64,000 nucleotides of DNA from Spirochaetia bacterium (GTDB taxonomy: Bacteria; Spirochaetota; Spirochaetia; DSM-2461), in contig CAXXIA010000002.1 in assembly GCA_963666985.2 (NCBI GenBank), positions 480,001-544,000 on the forward strand, read 5' to 3'. The notes beneath the pieces were generated by a model. The model worked only from the letters and a program-made list of their open reading frames with translations, ran no database searches and was not told the DNA's origin. Below, piece after piece: positions 21,188 through 31,539 of this stretch; positions within the stretch are counted from its first letter, which is position 1, and the number at the start of each line of letters is the position of its first letter. A program made the translations under genes and the position numbers.

Positions 21188-22363
21188 ATGTCCCTGAATC
21201 CCGTTATCGAAACTCTCGGCCGTCCCGTTCGTCTGGCTCTCATAGGAGGCGGCCCCGGATCTTTTATAGGCAGGATGCACCGCACCGCCGCCCGACTGGA
21301 CGGCCGCTACGAAATCGTCGCCGGCGTTCTTTCATCAAAACCGGAAAAGGCAAAGGCCGCCGGATGTGAAATCGGCCTGGATGAAGAGCGCAGCTACGGG
21401 GATGTTCCGACAATGCTTGCCGCCGAAAAAGCCCGTAAAGACGGTGCGGACGCCGTGGCGATTATGACTCCGAACGATTCTCATGTTCCTTATTCTCTTG
21501 CGGCGATGGAAGCAGGATTCCATGTTATCTGCGATAAACCGCTGACCAATTCCGTTGCCGAAGCCGAAACTCTCGTTGAAGCCGTTAAAAAGCGGAACAA
21601 GGTTTTCTGCCTGCTGCATAACTATTCCGGTTATCCCCTTGTCCGCCAGGCCCGCGCCATGGTGGAAGCCGGAGAACTTGGTGAGATTCGTTTGGTTCAG
21701 GTGGAATACGTCCAGGGCGGCAAAGCCGACGAAAGCAAAAAGGACGATCCCACGGCACATCGCGGCTGGAAATACAATCCGAAAATAAGCGGCCCCTCGC
21801 TGGTTCTCGGCGACATCGGGACACACGCCCATCATTTGATGCGCTTCATCACCCGCAGGGAAGTCGCCGAACTGGCGGCGGAAGTGGGCGCCGTCGTTCC
21901 CGGCCGCATCGTCCATGATTTCGCCGGAGCTCTGCTCCGCCTCGAAGGAGGGGCCCGAGGCGTTTTCTGGGTTACTCAAGCGGCCGCGGGTATGGAAAAC
22001 AGCCTGAAAATCCGCGTTTCCGGCAATAAGGGAAGCCTCGAATGGTGGCAGGAAATCCCTCAGCGATTAAATTTCCATCCCCTCGGCCTGCCGGCTCAGG
22101 TTCGAACGGGAAACGGCCCCGGATCGTATCCGGCCTCTTCAAGGCTGTGCCGGGTGCCCGCCGGTCATCCGGAAGGCTTTCCAGAGGGTTTCGGCAATAT
22201 TTATTCGGATGCCGCGGAAGTCATCGCCGCGAGAATCGCCGGGAGAGAACCCGATCCTCTGGCCCTGTGGCACCCCACCGCCGAGGACGGTCTTGCCGGA
22301 ATGAAATTCACCATGGCGTGTTTGGAATCGGCACAAAACGGCGGAAGGTGGACGGCTCTTTAG
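21188..22363 (+). CDS. Gfo/Idh/MocA oxidoreductase
   Basis: GGGPGSFIG, TPNDSH, ICDKP, GDIGTHA, PAGHPEGF. Confidence 0.92.
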   Translation: MSLNPVIETLGRPVRLALIGGGPGSFIGRMHRTAARLDGRYEIVAGVLSSKPEKAKAAGCEIGLDEERSYGDVPTMLAAEKARKDGADAVAIMTPNDSHVPYSLAAMEAGFHVICDKPLTNSVAEAETLVEAVKKRNKVFCLLHNYSGYPLVRQARAMVEAGELGEIRLVQVEYVQGGKADESKKDDPTAHRGWKYNPKISGPSLVLGDIGTHAHHLMRFITRREVAELAAEVGAVVPGRIVHDFAGALLRLEGGARGVFWVTQAAAGMENSLKIRVSGNKGSLEWWQEIPQRLNFHPLGLPAQVRTGNGPGSYPASSRLCRVPAGHPEGFPEGFGNIYSDAAEVIAARIAGREPDPLALWHPTAEDGLAGMKFTMACLESAQNGGRWTAL

Positions 22364-22391
22364 GACTTTTGCCGACTCATGATTTAAAACA

Positions 22392-22419
22392 GCCTCCGGA
22401 TTGTCCGGAAGCCTTTTTT
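22392..22419 (+). terminator. Rho-independent terminator
   Basis: GCCTCCGGA-TTG-TCCGGAAGC followed by a T run. Confidence 0.65.
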
Positions 22420-22524
22420 CAATCCCGGCGAACCGGAAATCCGGTTCGCCGTCGGCTTGTCGGGTTATCTTTAAACGAATTCGGATTCGGATAAACCGCC
22501 GAATCCCGATGCCTTCGAAATCAA

Positions 22525-22938
22525 TCAGCGGATCGCCAGCACGTCCCCCCCGGTTAGCGCGCCTGTTAAAAGATCGAACTCGCGCCTATTGCTCTCAAGA
22601 CGGAACGCAACCTTCTTTTTTTTATCATCCAATTCACAGATAAGCCTGCGAACCGTCTTTCGCTCGTTTATCAGCCTTTCGCGAGAGCGGGGGTTCTGGA
22701 CGTTATTCACAAGAAAATAGATTCGGCCGTTCAGAATCTTTAGGTCGCTTAAAGCAAGTTCCGCTCGATTCAGCCATTGCACATCTTCATCAATCAGCCG
22801 GCTTATTTCCAGCACGCCGGGATTCTCAGGACTTCGTAAATCTTCGGCGGATGCGGTCGGCAAAGCCGCCATCGCGAGATAAACGGCAAAGCCGAGTCGG
22901 CACAATAATCGATGAATCAGCGTTCTTTCTTTTCTCAT
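22525..22938 (-). CDS. Hypothetical exported coiled-coil protein
   Basis: Signal-like N-terminus ending in ASA; helical charged remainder. Confidence 0.55.
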   Translation of the reverse strand: MRKERTLIHRLLCRLGFAVYLAMAALPTASAEDLRSPENPGVLEISRLIDEDVQWLNRAELALSDLKILNGRIYFLVNNVQNPRSRERLINERKTVRRLICELDDKKKKVAFRLESNRREFDLLTGALTGGDVLAIR

Positions 22939-23117
22939 GATATTCCCCTTCCCGTTCCCAATATCGGAAGGACTTAAGGGGAAGCTGACCATCAACCCGT
23001 ATTTAATCCTTTAAAAAGATTCCACAACTCACTTTTCTCGGTAGAATGCCCCCTTCTCGACCTATCCGCATTTCCTCGGCTATCATTCGGGCCAAGAGTC
23101 TCTTTAAGGAGCGCGTT

Positions 23118-24023
23118 ATGCCCAAGTTCCTCGCCGTCTGCCTCAATCCCACCAATCAGCGTACCATCCGCTTAAAGGATTTCGAGAAGGGCGAAGTGAA
23201 CCGCGCCGCCGCGGCCAGAACGGATGCTTCCGGCAAAGGGGTGAACGTCGGCCGCGTTCTTGTGCAATTGGGAGATGACGTCCGCCACCTCACCCACCTC
23301 GGACCGGGCCGGAGCGAATTCCTCAGGCTCTGCGCCGAAGACAACCTGGATGTCGTTTGGACGGAAAGTTCCTCACAAATCAGAACCTGCATTACCCTGC
23401 TTGATTCGGCCGACAACAGCACGACGGAAATCGTCGAGCCGAGTGAACCGGTGGATGCCGTCTGTGTCGCGGATATCGGAAAAAAATTCGCCGAACAGCT
23501 TCACTGGACGGACTGGGTGATTCTCTCGGGCACGAAAACACCGGGCTATCCGCCGCGTCTCTTCGCCGATTTCTGCGCCGCGGCCGCGGCGGCCGGAAAG
23601 CCGACGGCGGCCGACTACAGAGGAGAGGAGCTTAAAGCGTCTCTTGCTCATCATCCGGCGCTGGTGAAAATCAACCTGGTGGAATTCTGCCATACCTTCC
23701 TAGCTCATCTCACCGTGAGCGAAGCCGACGACACGGCCGCGCTGCCCGAAGTGAAGACAAAATTGGCGGAACTTTCTTCAGACGGAATCGACTACGTGAT
23801 CACCAGAGGGGCGCGGGAGATTCTCTGCGCTCATCGGGGCGACCTATCCTCCGTTTCGCCGCCGAAAATCACACCGGTGAATACCATCGGTTCGGGCGAT
23901 GCGGCAACGGCGGGTATCGTGCATGCTCTGGCCGCCGGAGCGGATCTGAAAGCGGCCGTGGAAGAAGGCGCCCGGTGCGGCGCGGCCAATGCGGAACTTC
24001 TTAAGCCGGGCACCATATTTTAA
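23118..24023 (+). CDS. PfkB-family hexose kinase (1-phosphofructokinase-like)
   Basis: CLNP, SGKGVNV, NTIGSGDA; SD AAGGAG. Confidence 0.9.
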   Translation: MPKFLAVCLNPTNQRTIRLKDFEKGEVNRAAAARTDASGKGVNVGRVLVQLGDDVRHLTHLGPGRSEFLRLCAEDNLDVVWTESSSQIRTCITLLDSADNSTTEIVEPSEPVDAVCVADIGKKFAEQLHWTDWVILSGTKTPGYPPRLFADFCAAAAAAGKPTAADYRGEELKASLAHHPALVKINLVEFCHTFLAHLTVSEADDTAALPEVKTKLAELSSDGIDYVITRGAREILCAHRGDLSSVSPPKITPVNTIGSGDAATAGIVHALAAGADLKAAVEEGARCGAANAELLKPGTIF

Positions 24024-24064
24024 TCCGCCGGATGCTACCGCGGGCTGTAAAAAACCGCTCACCG

Positions 24065-24164
24065 ATTCGCTTCGCGATTCAGCTGTGTGGCTCGCTAATT
24101 CGCTTCACGATTCAGCTGTGTGGCTCGCTAATTCGCTTCACGATTCAGCTGTGTGGGCTCGCTA
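24065..24164. repeat. Three tandem 33-bp repeats
   Basis: ATTCGCTTCACGATTCAGCTGTGTGGCTCGCTA at 24065 (one substitution), 24098 and 24131 (one extra G); no spacers. Confidence 0.95.
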
Positions 24165-25190
24165 ATTGATATCCAGCTTCGCAAAATCGATGATGAAATC
24201 GCAAACCTCTTCCGCATTGTTCAAATCCAGCTGAGGCAGGTTCGTCTGCAGAGGGGTATCCGTGGCGACGGCGATAAAATTCGACGTCCGTCCGCCCGTA
24301 TGCAGTTTCGGATGGCCGGCCCGTTCCCTGAATACTTCAATCCTGGCCGGTGCCGTTTCTTTCCATCCTTCGACGAGAACGATATCCATGCCCATAAAAT
24401 AAGCGGCGATCAATTCTTCACAATCGGGATTTCCTTCATTCTTTCGAATCAAGGCATGCTTGTCTTGATCGCTGATTAACGTGGCGACCGCTCCGGCTTG
24501 AGTCATGCGCCAGCTGTCTTTGCCCGGTTTATCAATCTCGAATCGATGCCCTTCATGCTTGAGCGCTCCCACCCGAAGTCCCTTTCTCGTAAGCTTTTCG
24601 ATGACGGCCGTCATCAGGGTGGTTTTGCCGCTGCCGGAATATCCGGCGAAGGAAACAACAGGCGGAATCCGTTTTTCTTCCCGCCGACGCGAATCCTTAT
24701 GATGCAGGTCCGCGCAGTCGGAAGGATCTCCCTGAATCTTGGCGAGAGTATGAGGCACGGCCGGCCATACGGCTTCCAAATTCTCAACGGCCGCTTTGGG
24801 ACTGCCGGGCAGATTGAGGATGAGGCATCGCCCGCGGATGCCGGCCATGGCGCGGGAGATAATCGCCATGGGAGTGATTTGCAGACTGCGCATCCGCATC
24901 AATTCACCGAAGCCGGGAATTTCACGATCGATAACCGCACGGGTCGCTTCGGGAGCGACATCGCGCGGGGATACACCCGTGCCCCCGCAGCCGACGATAA
25001 GATCGAGATCGCCGCCGTCGGCCCATTCGGAAAGAGTTTTGCGGATAACATCGAACTCATCCGGAATCACGCCGAATTTCAGCGTTTCAACGTGATGATC
25101 GGAAAGCCATTGTTTCAAGGCCGGACCGCTTGTATCTTCCCGCAATCCGGCGGCGCCTTTATCGCTGAGAACAAGAACGCCCGCCTTCAT
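24162..25190 (-). CDS. MogA/MoaB molybdopterin adenylyltransferase fused to MobB
   Basis: N-half SDKG..G.REDTSG, GGTGVSPRD, NLPGSPK; C-half GYSGSGKTT, KH..H..D..GKDS, VEGWK; ATGA overlap with moaC. Confidence 0.9.
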   Translation of the reverse strand: MKAGVLVLSDKGAAGLREDTSGPALKQWLSDHHVETLKFGVIPDEFDVIRKTLSEWADGGDLDLIVGCGGTGVSPRDVAPEATRAVIDREIPGFGELMRMRSLQITPMAIISRAMAGIRGRCLILNLPGSPKAAVENLEAVWPAVPHTLAKIQGDPSDCADLHHKDSRRREEKRIPPVVSFAGYSGSGKTTLMTAVIEKLTRKGLRVGALKHEGHRFEIDKPGKDSWRMTQAGAVATLISDQDKHALIRKNEGNPDCEELIAAYFMGMDIVLVEGWKETAPARIEVFRERAGHPKLHTGGRTSNFIAVATDTPLQTNLPQLDLNNAEEVCDFIIDFAKLDIN

Positions 25191-25663
25191 TCTTCTCGTC
25201 TCCAAGTGCCGCTCTTGCCCCCTTCCTTGAAGAGAAGGCGGATTTCACCGATACGGATTCCTTTATCCTCCCCCTTGCACATATCGTAAACGGTTAAGGC
25301 CGCGATGGAAGCCGCCGTCATCGCTTCCATCTCCACGCCGGTGCGTTCAAAAGCCTTCACCGTCGCTCGAATCACGACCGTCCCGCTCTCGAAATCGCTT
25401 GAGAAATCGACGGCGGCATGATGAATGGCGAGAGGATGGGAAAGAGGAATGAGTTCGGGTGTTTTTTTACAGCCGGCGATTCCGGCGATGCGGGCGACGC
25501 CGAACACATCCCCTTTTCGGCCGGCCCCTTCTTCGATCAGCCGCAGGGTTTCAGGCCGCATATGAACGAAAGCTTCGGCCACGGCGGTCCGCATCGTCGG
25601 ATCTTTCGCGCCGACATCAACCATAATCGCGTTGCCCCGGTCGTTAAAATGGTTGAAGCTCAT
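25187..25663 (-). CDS. moaC: Cyclic pyranopterin monophosphate synthase
   Basis: MVDVG.K, LIPLSHP, TGVEMEA, YDMCK, K.GGKSG. Confidence 0.96.
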   Translation of the reverse strand: MSFNHFNDRGNAIMVDVGAKDPTMRTAVAEAFVHMRPETLRLIEEGAGRKGDVFGVARIAGIAGCKKTPELIPLSHPLAIHHAAVDFSSDFESGTVVIRATVKAFERTGVEMEAMTAASIAALTVYDMCKGEDKGIRIGEIRLLFKEGGKSGTWRREE

Positions 25664-26034
25664 TCGGGATTCTCCTCGAAAATCTCTTTCTTCCGAATGG
25701 CTTCCGTTTTCACCCTGTTGAGCAGTTCGTGGAGTGCGGGAACAACATTTTCCCGAATATCTCCGGCCACCACGAGGAAGAGAAGATCGTCCCCGGGCCG
25801 GAAAGTACCGGAAAGCGCTTCAATAACGACACGCCATATCCCCTCCCGCTTTTCGAACTCCTTGCGGATTTCTTCAATCTTCGCTCTATCCGGAGTTACC
25901 TGCAGAAGGCCGATTTTGCCGCTTTGATTGCGCGACCAGGCGCGAACGGTACCGTTATGAGTCAGAACCATTCCCACGTTCTCCGCGAAACCGGGCTCTT
26001 TTTTCAGTTCGGCAATCGTTTTGGAAATATCCAT
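25660..26034 (-). CDS. moaE: Short MoaE-type molybdopterin synthase subunit
   Basis: GMVLTHNGTVR, GDDLL..VVAGDIRE, K.EA..KKE; operon context. Confidence 0.85.
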   Translation of the reverse strand: MDISKTIAELKKEPGFAENVGMVLTHNGTVRAWSRNQSGKIGLLQVTPDRAKIEEIRKEFEKREGIWRVVIEALSGTFRPGDDLLFLVVAGDIRENVVPALHELLNRVKTEAIRKKEIFEENPE

Positions 26035-26058
26035 GACAATTCTCCCAAGATTCTTCCC

Positions 26059-27045
26059 TCAGCCGCCGACCCGCGACATGGATAAGCCTGTTTTATTTTT
26101 TTGATCCGAACGCAAATGGTGTTCATCCGGTTTCTCGGAAATCGCTTTGCGGAAGATTCGCTTCAATTGCGTTGAATCCGGTTTTTGCAGCCATGGTTTG
26201 AGATCCGTTTCCGTTTCGGAAAAAAGGCATGTCTTCATCATCCCGTTCGCCGTAATGCGGATTCGATTGCAATTGGAACAAAAGGAACAGCTTATCGCGG
26301 AGATGACTCCGATGCTGCCGGCACCGTTCACCAGTTCCCAAGTGCGGGCCGGTCCGGAAAGATAGGAATCTTCGGTTTCCCTCAGCCGGTAGCGGTTCCG
26401 AATCCGTTCAAGAATCTCCTGAGAAGGAACGGTTTTCCCATGGGCTTCATCACCGCTTTCGGTCGGCATGAATTCAATAAATCGGACGGACCAGGGATGC
26501 TCGACGGCGAGCGCGGCGAAATCTTCTATTTCGTCATCATTAACTCCGCGCATCACAACCATGTTGATTTTCAAGGGAATGCCGATCCGATCGGCCTCCT
26601 CGATTCCTTTCCATACCCTGTGGAAATAGTCACGTCGGGTAATCTGATGAAACCGCTCGGACTTTAGGGTATCGAGGCTGATATTGAGCCGCTGAATACC
26701 AACTTCCTTAAGAGGCCGGGCATATTGTTCAAGGAAAACCCCATTGGTTGTGAGCACAAGCTGCCGAAGGCCGGGAAGCATGGAAAGACGCCGCAGGAAC
26801 GGGATAAGATCTTTTCGCACCAGAGGCTCGCCGCCGGTAATCCGGATCTTTTCAAAGCCGAGGTCGACGGCGGTTTGTGCAATAAAATAAAGCTGCTCAT
26901 AACTGAGAATCTCATCATGGCCGCACAGAGGGAGTCCTTCCACGGGCATGCAGTAGCTGCAGCGCATGTTGCAGCGATCCGTAACCGAAAGCCGCAGGTA
27001 ATTGATTCTGCGATTATAGTTGTCCGTCAGTTGTTCATGGCTCAT
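26059..27045 (-). CDS. moaA: GTP 3',8-cyclase
   Basis: LRLSVTDRCNMRCSYC, FC..CNRIR..C, C-terminal MSRVGG. Confidence 0.97.
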   Translation of the reverse strand: MSHEQLTDNYNRRINYLRLSVTDRCNMRCSYCMPVEGLPLCGHDEILSYEQLYFIAQTAVDLGFEKIRITGGEPLVRKDLIPFLRRLSMLPGLRQLVLTTNGVFLEQYARPLKEVGIQRLNISLDTLKSERFHQITRRDYFHRVWKGIEEADRIGIPLKINMVVMRGVNDDEIEDFAALAVEHPWSVRFIEFMPTESGDEAHGKTVPSQEILERIRNRYRLRETEDSYLSGPARTWELVNGAGSIGVISAISCSFCSNCNRIRITANGMMKTCLFSETETDLKPWLQKPDSTQLKRIFRKAISEKPDEHHLRSDQKNKTGLSMSRVGG

Positions 27046-28244
27046 CCGGCGTACTCCATCTCAAAGATCAGGGCGGAAACCTTATCGCCGCTTTGCACGA
27101 ACTCAATCCGTTCATCCAAAAGCAAGAGGGCATTAACGTCGGCGAAATTTAGAAAATGCGAGGTTTTCTGCGAAACCGCGGCCTTCGCCGTCAGCTTTCC
27201 GTTTCGCACCCGTACACAGGCCCGCTGAACATCAAATCGTCCCCGTTTCGATGTTACGGATTCTTCCATCTCAACGTCCAGACGCCGATGCTCATGGTTT
27301 TCATAGCCGTACATTTTTTTCAACACGGGTATTAAATAAAGAAACACGTTGGTTGTGAGAGCCGCCGGATACCCCGGCATGGCGAAAATAAACTTCCCGC
27401 CTCTGCGGGCGGCTATCATAGGTCTTCCCGGCTTGATGTGTGTTCCGTCAATAAGACGTTCATATTGAGAATAATGCAGTACGGTCTTGAGATAGTCGAA
27501 CTTTCCCATGGAAACTCCGCCGGTGGTAACGATAAGGTCGTATGACTCGAACATCTCATCCAGTGTTTGTGCCGTCTCCTTTTCGGAATCACCGATAACC
27601 CTATGACAGCCGCAGCTGATATGAAGACTGCGGAAAACACTCTCCAGGATATAGCGGTTCGTATCGTAAACGGCTCCGGGCCGAAACGGATCGCCGGCAT
27701 TAATCAGTTCATCGCCGCTGACCAGAATCCCGACCCGAGGCTGCCTGAAGACCTCGACATCGGCGATTCCGGCGGCGAAAAGAGCGGGATAAAGCGTGTT
27801 ATCGATGCGGAATCCGGAAGAAGCGAATCGTTCGCCCTTTTTCATTTCTTCACCGGGGAGCACAATGTTTTCACCCTCGTTCTCCGCTTTTTCAAGAACA
27901 AGATTTTCTCCCTGACATCGGCAGTCTTCAACGCGAATCACCGCTTTCGTCCGAGGAGGAACCGGCGCACCGGTCATCACCGCGAGAGCCTGATTTTCGT
28001 TCAGCGCCGGAGGCGCTCCGGCTCCCGCCGCCGATGTGCCGATAATGCGAAATTCCTTCCGATGAATATCGGCAACGGCATAACCGTCCACGGCACTCTT
28101 ATGAATATCGGGAAAAGGACGAGAGGTCAGCAAGTCACGGGCGAGAATGCGTCCGAAACTCTCTTCGGCGGGGATTCTTTCAGATCCTGCCCTTTCAGCC
28201 GCATCCAGCAGCAGCCCGTAGGCTTCGGAAAACGAATGCGGCAT
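27042..28244 (-). CDS. moeA: Molybdopterin molybdotransferase
   Basis: SAVDGYA, MTGAPVP, SGDEL, TGGVSMG..D, KPGRP, MPGYP. Confidence 0.94.
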   Translation of the reverse strand: MPHSFSEAYGLLLDAAERAGSERIPAEESFGRILARDLLTSRPFPDIHKSAVDGYAVADIHRKEFRIIGTSAAGAGAPPALNENQALAVMTGAPVPPRTKAVIRVEDCRCQGENLVLEKAENEGENIVLPGEEMKKGERFASSGFRIDNTLYPALFAAGIADVEVFRQPRVGILVSGDELINAGDPFRPGAVYDTNRYILESVFRSLHISCGCHRVIGDSEKETAQTLDEMFESYDLIVTTGGVSMGKFDYLKTVLHYSQYERLIDGTHIKPGRPMIAARRGGKFIFAMPGYPAALTTNVFLYLIPVLKKMYGYENHEHRRLDVEMEESVTSKRGRFDVQRACVRVRNGKLTAKAAVSQKTSHFLNFADVNALLLLDERIEFVQSGDKVSALIFEMEYAG

Positions 28245-28246
28245 CC

Positions 28247-29269
28247 TTAATACCCTCGGCCGAAGGGACAGACCGGGAAAACACATTTTTCACAGAAATG
28301 GCAGAGCCCCCCGTGACCGGAATCCACGATTTCCTCTTCGGGTATACGCTCACCGCAGACCAAACGCGGCAGGAAGAGATCAAGCGCCGTTGCCCTGTAA
28401 TAAAGAGCCGCGGCGGGAACGGCGCAGACGGCCGTATTTCCGGCATAACCGATCGTCAAGTTGTTACCCGGCTGTATCGGATTGCCCTTGCCTTCAAAAT
28501 AAATCCCGGCCTCGGCCATGGCCTGTACGGTAACGTCATCCGGATCCACCGACGTTCCTCCGGTGATAAGAACGATTTCGGCCTGTTCCAGAGCCCTGCG
28601 GAGAGCTTCGGTTATCCGTCCGAAATCATCCGGAAGAATATCCGAATAAACAACCTTCACCCCCATTCTCTCCAGCTTGCCGGTCAGCTTCGGGGTGAAT
28701 CCATCCTCTACGGCTCCGCTGAACACCTCGGAGCCTGTAACGAGGACGGCGGCACTTTTTCTGACATAAGGCTGAATAGAAAGAAGCGGCCGGGAAAGGA
28801 TTGCAAGAAGCCGATCCATTATATTCCGTTCACATGTCAGAGGAATAATGCGGAATGCGGCAACCTGTTTTCCCTTTTCAACAGGAAAACGATCATGGAT
28901 GGTCGGCAGAGAGGGAACGCCAAGACGATTGATTTCTCTGAGCCGATCCCGATCGACGCGAAAAAGCCCTTTTGTTTCCGCATAGAAACTGATTTTTCCC
29001 TCACTCGGCCGCTCATCATAAGAAATAAACTCACCGGCGATCAGAGGAGCCGCGGTTACGGCCGCTTCGTCTTCATGGACTTCGTCGCTTTGGCCGTCAA
29101 CAACATAGACATTCAGTTTACCGAGCCTTTTGAGACGATCAAGATCATCCTTGCGTATCTTATGTCCCCTTTTATAAGCTCTTCTCTTAATATGGGATGC
29201 CAAACATATTTCGGTAATATCATGGGCCAGTATTTCACCGACCGCATTATCCAGCGGAATTTTCTTCAT
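28247..29269 (-). CDS. Molybdopterin-binding protein (MoeA/MoaB-like C-terminal domain)
   Basis: LAHDITEI, TGSEV, TGGTSVDPDD, C-terminal GHGGLC..C..C.FP.CPFG. Confidence 0.85.
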   Translation of the reverse strand: MKKIPLDNAVGEILAHDITEICLASHIKRRAYKRGHKIRKDDLDRLKRLGKLNVYVVDGQSDEVHEDEAAVTAAPLIAGEFISYDERPSEGKISFYAETKGLFRVDRDRLREINRLGVPSLPTIHDRFPVEKGKQVAAFRIIPLTCERNIMDRLLAILSRPLLSIQPYVRKSAAVLVTGSEVFSGAVEDGFTPKLTGKLERMGVKVVYSDILPDDFGRITEALRRALEQAEIVLITGGTSVDPDDVTVQAMAEAGIYFEGKGNPIQPGNNLTIGYAGNTAVCAVPAAALYYRATALDLFLPRLVCGERIPEEEIVDSGHGGLCHFCEKCVFPVCPFGRGY

Positions 29270-29352
29270 AGTAACCTCGGGCGGGAAATATTGGCATTTT
29301 TAGAGGATTTTGTGAATGGAACCGTCACGGCATCTTCTCAAAGCCGATTTAT

Positions 29353-31539
29353 TCAGGTTTGATCTCCGTCATCATCCCTCAGTGTAAAAACCCCGATCTT
29401 TTCGGTGACGGATCGAATGCTGCCGCTATTCTCCCGGCTCAAAGATCGAACGCTTTCCACGGCGGCTCCGATCTGTTCGATACCCGAAAGGACTTCACTC
29501 ATGCCGTTACTGATCCGCAGGGATATATTCCGAAGATCCTCCATGGAAGATCCCACGGTTTCTCCGCCGTTCTTCATGGTGTCGGAAAAATCCCGGACCT
29601 GACCGGTCAACTTATTCATCTGTGCGAGGGAGGTTAAAACCTCTTCCCCCGCGGAATTCTGCTCGGTCAGAGCGTGTTCAATCTGTTTTTCCAGCTGATT
29701 CACTTCTTTAACCATGGAATGGATCGACTCAAACTGAACAGCCGCCCCCTGCGCCGTATCCACCACGTTGTTAATCACACCGACAATGTCCTTAAGATTC
29801 GCCAGTATTCCGCGGGACTGTTCGGTCGCGTTTTCCGCGAGTTTTCGTATCTCGTCGGCAACTACCGCAAAGCCTTTTCCATACTCGCCCGCATGTGCGG
29901 CCTCAATCGCGGCGTTCATCGCCAGAAGGTTCGTCTGGGAAGCGATGCTTGAAATAAGGTCGTTGGCTTCCTGAAGATTCTTTGAACGTACGGCGATATC
30001 CCGGACTCCTTCAACAAGATTTTGAAGCTGAATATGTCCCTTCCCCGACGCGTCGACAAGGCGGTCGGTAAATTCGGAGGCCCTTATATTGGTCTCGGCG
30101 ATGGTTCCGACATTGGTTACCATCTCTTCCACGGCGGCCGATGATTCGGTAATAACGCTCGCTTGGTTTTCGATCCTTTCATCCAAATCGTCCAGATTGT
30201 TGATAAGAATCCGAATTAATTCAGAGGAACTTTCGACGGAGTCGTTTTGAGAAGAAACCTGGGTTTCCATACTTGTAATGGTCGCGAGTATCTGATTCTG
30301 GGCGGATGCGGTTTCTTCCATTTGTTCCAGCAGATCGTCACCGGATTTGGATAAGGTACCGATTTCGTCCCTTATGCCCCGAATCAATGAGTTGAGTGAA
30401 TCAATGAAACGATTGAAATATCTCGCCAGTAAGCCGATCTCATCCGCCGAGTGTTCCTTAACCGATATGGTAAGATCCCCTCTTCCTTCGGAAATCTCCC
30501 GCAGCGATCCTCCTACCAGCCTGATGGGCCCGGTTATCATTCGGAGCAGAAAAACGGAAAGTATGATAATAACGATAAACGTCGCGGCAAAAGCAATGAC
30601 GGTAATTCTCACGAGCCTGTGATTCACCAACTGGATTTCGCCGATTGTATCCTGAAGGTACTCAATCTCCGACGCAATCGCGGCATCAATGGAATTCACA
30701 AGAACATCCGTTGATGCGAGAAAGGTATCCAGCTTGGTGAAATAATCGGCGTCATTAAAACCCCATACGATATCCTTCGACGCCCGCTCCAGCATGTACC
30801 AGTCATCCCCGTTCATCATCTCGGAAAGGATCTCCGCCGTTCTATCGGAAAGGATCAAACCCGGATTCCGGGAATTTTCCTCTAGACCGTCGGCGGCCGA
30901 GAAAAATAATAAAACCTCGTCGCCGTTCAAGCTCCTCCGCTTGGAAAAAAAGATCCTGCCGTAGCTTCGAAACTGCAGACAGGAATCCCGCAATTGATAA
31001 AGTATATTGATGCCGGTAAGAGTCTTTCCCACCCCGCCGATGGTGTCCCGCTTGGCAAATTCCTGATTTATTTCCTGAATTTGCTGAATCGCGCTGCTGT
31101 ATATGGACAAAATGGAGATTTCCGCCAGTGTCTTTCCTTCGGTACAGGAGCGCATGGGTTCGACGAATGAAATGGCCCTCTTGCCCGATTCTTTACAGCC
31201 TTCAGGAAGATGCGCCCCTTCCATGATCTTTAAAAACTCATCCGCTTTAAGATTCGTTTCGGCTACCGCATCTTTAAAATCCTTAACCGAAGCCGATCCG
31301 CAAAGATATGCCCCGCACTGCTCCCGTTCATCCTGAAGACAGTCAATGAATTCGGAAATCCGAATAATTGATTCCACGTTCCGCTTCATGTCCTTTGCCG
31401 TCTTCAGATTATCGATCCGAACCTGAAGATACACCGTGCAGTACGCACTGAACGCAAGAAAAGGAACCGCCGCGAGGAGAATGAGTTTAAATCGTAAAGA
31501 CAGTGCAAAATGTCGTTTTCGCATAGAGTCTCCTTTCAT
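29353..31539 (-). CDS. Methyl-accepting chemotaxis protein with helical (NIT-like) sensor domain
   Basis: Two TM helices, [39 protein letters not shown]. Confidence 0.93.
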   Translation of the reverse strand: MKGDSMRKRHFALSLRFKLILLAAVPFLAFSAYCTVYLQVRIDNLKTAKDMKRNVESIIRISEFIDCLQDEREQCGAYLCGSASVKDFKDAVAETNLKADEFLKIMEGAHLPEGCKESGKRAISFVEPMRSCTEGKTLAEISILSIYSSAIQQIQEINQEFAKRDTIGGVGKTLTGINILYQLRDSCLQFRSYGRIFFSKRRSLNGDEVLLFFSAADGLEENSRNPGLILSDRTAEILSEMMNGDDWYMLERASKDIVWGFNDADYFTKLDTFLASTDVLVNSIDAAIASEIEYLQDTIGEIQLVNHRLVRITVIAFAATFIVIIILSVFLLRMITGPIRLVGGSLREISEGRGDLTISVKEHSADEIGLLARYFNRFIDSLNSLIRGIRDEIGTLSKSGDDLLEQMEETASAQNQILATITSMETQVSSQNDSVESSSELIRILINNLDDLDERIENQASVITESSAAVEEMVTNVGTIAETNIRASEFTDRLVDASGKGHIQLQNLVEGVRDIAVRSKNLQEANDLISSIASQTNLLAMNAAIEAAHAGEYGKGFAVVADEIRKLAENATEQSRGILANLKDIVGVINNVVDTAQGAAVQFESIHSMVKEVNQLEKQIEHALTEQNSAGEEVLTSLAQMNKLTGQVRDFSDTMKNGGETVGSSMEDLRNISLRISNGMSEVLSGIEQIGAAVESVRSLSRENSGSIRSVTEKIGVFTLRDDDGDQT

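Noticed and set aside
24065..24164. CRISPR array (33-bp repeats)
   Set aside because: Units are directly adjacent with no unique spacers, and there are no cas genes in the window
29270..29352. Moco/Wco riboswitch upstream of the Moco operon
   Set aside because: The spacer is only 83 bp and I see no matching structure; a covariance search would be needed to exclude it fully
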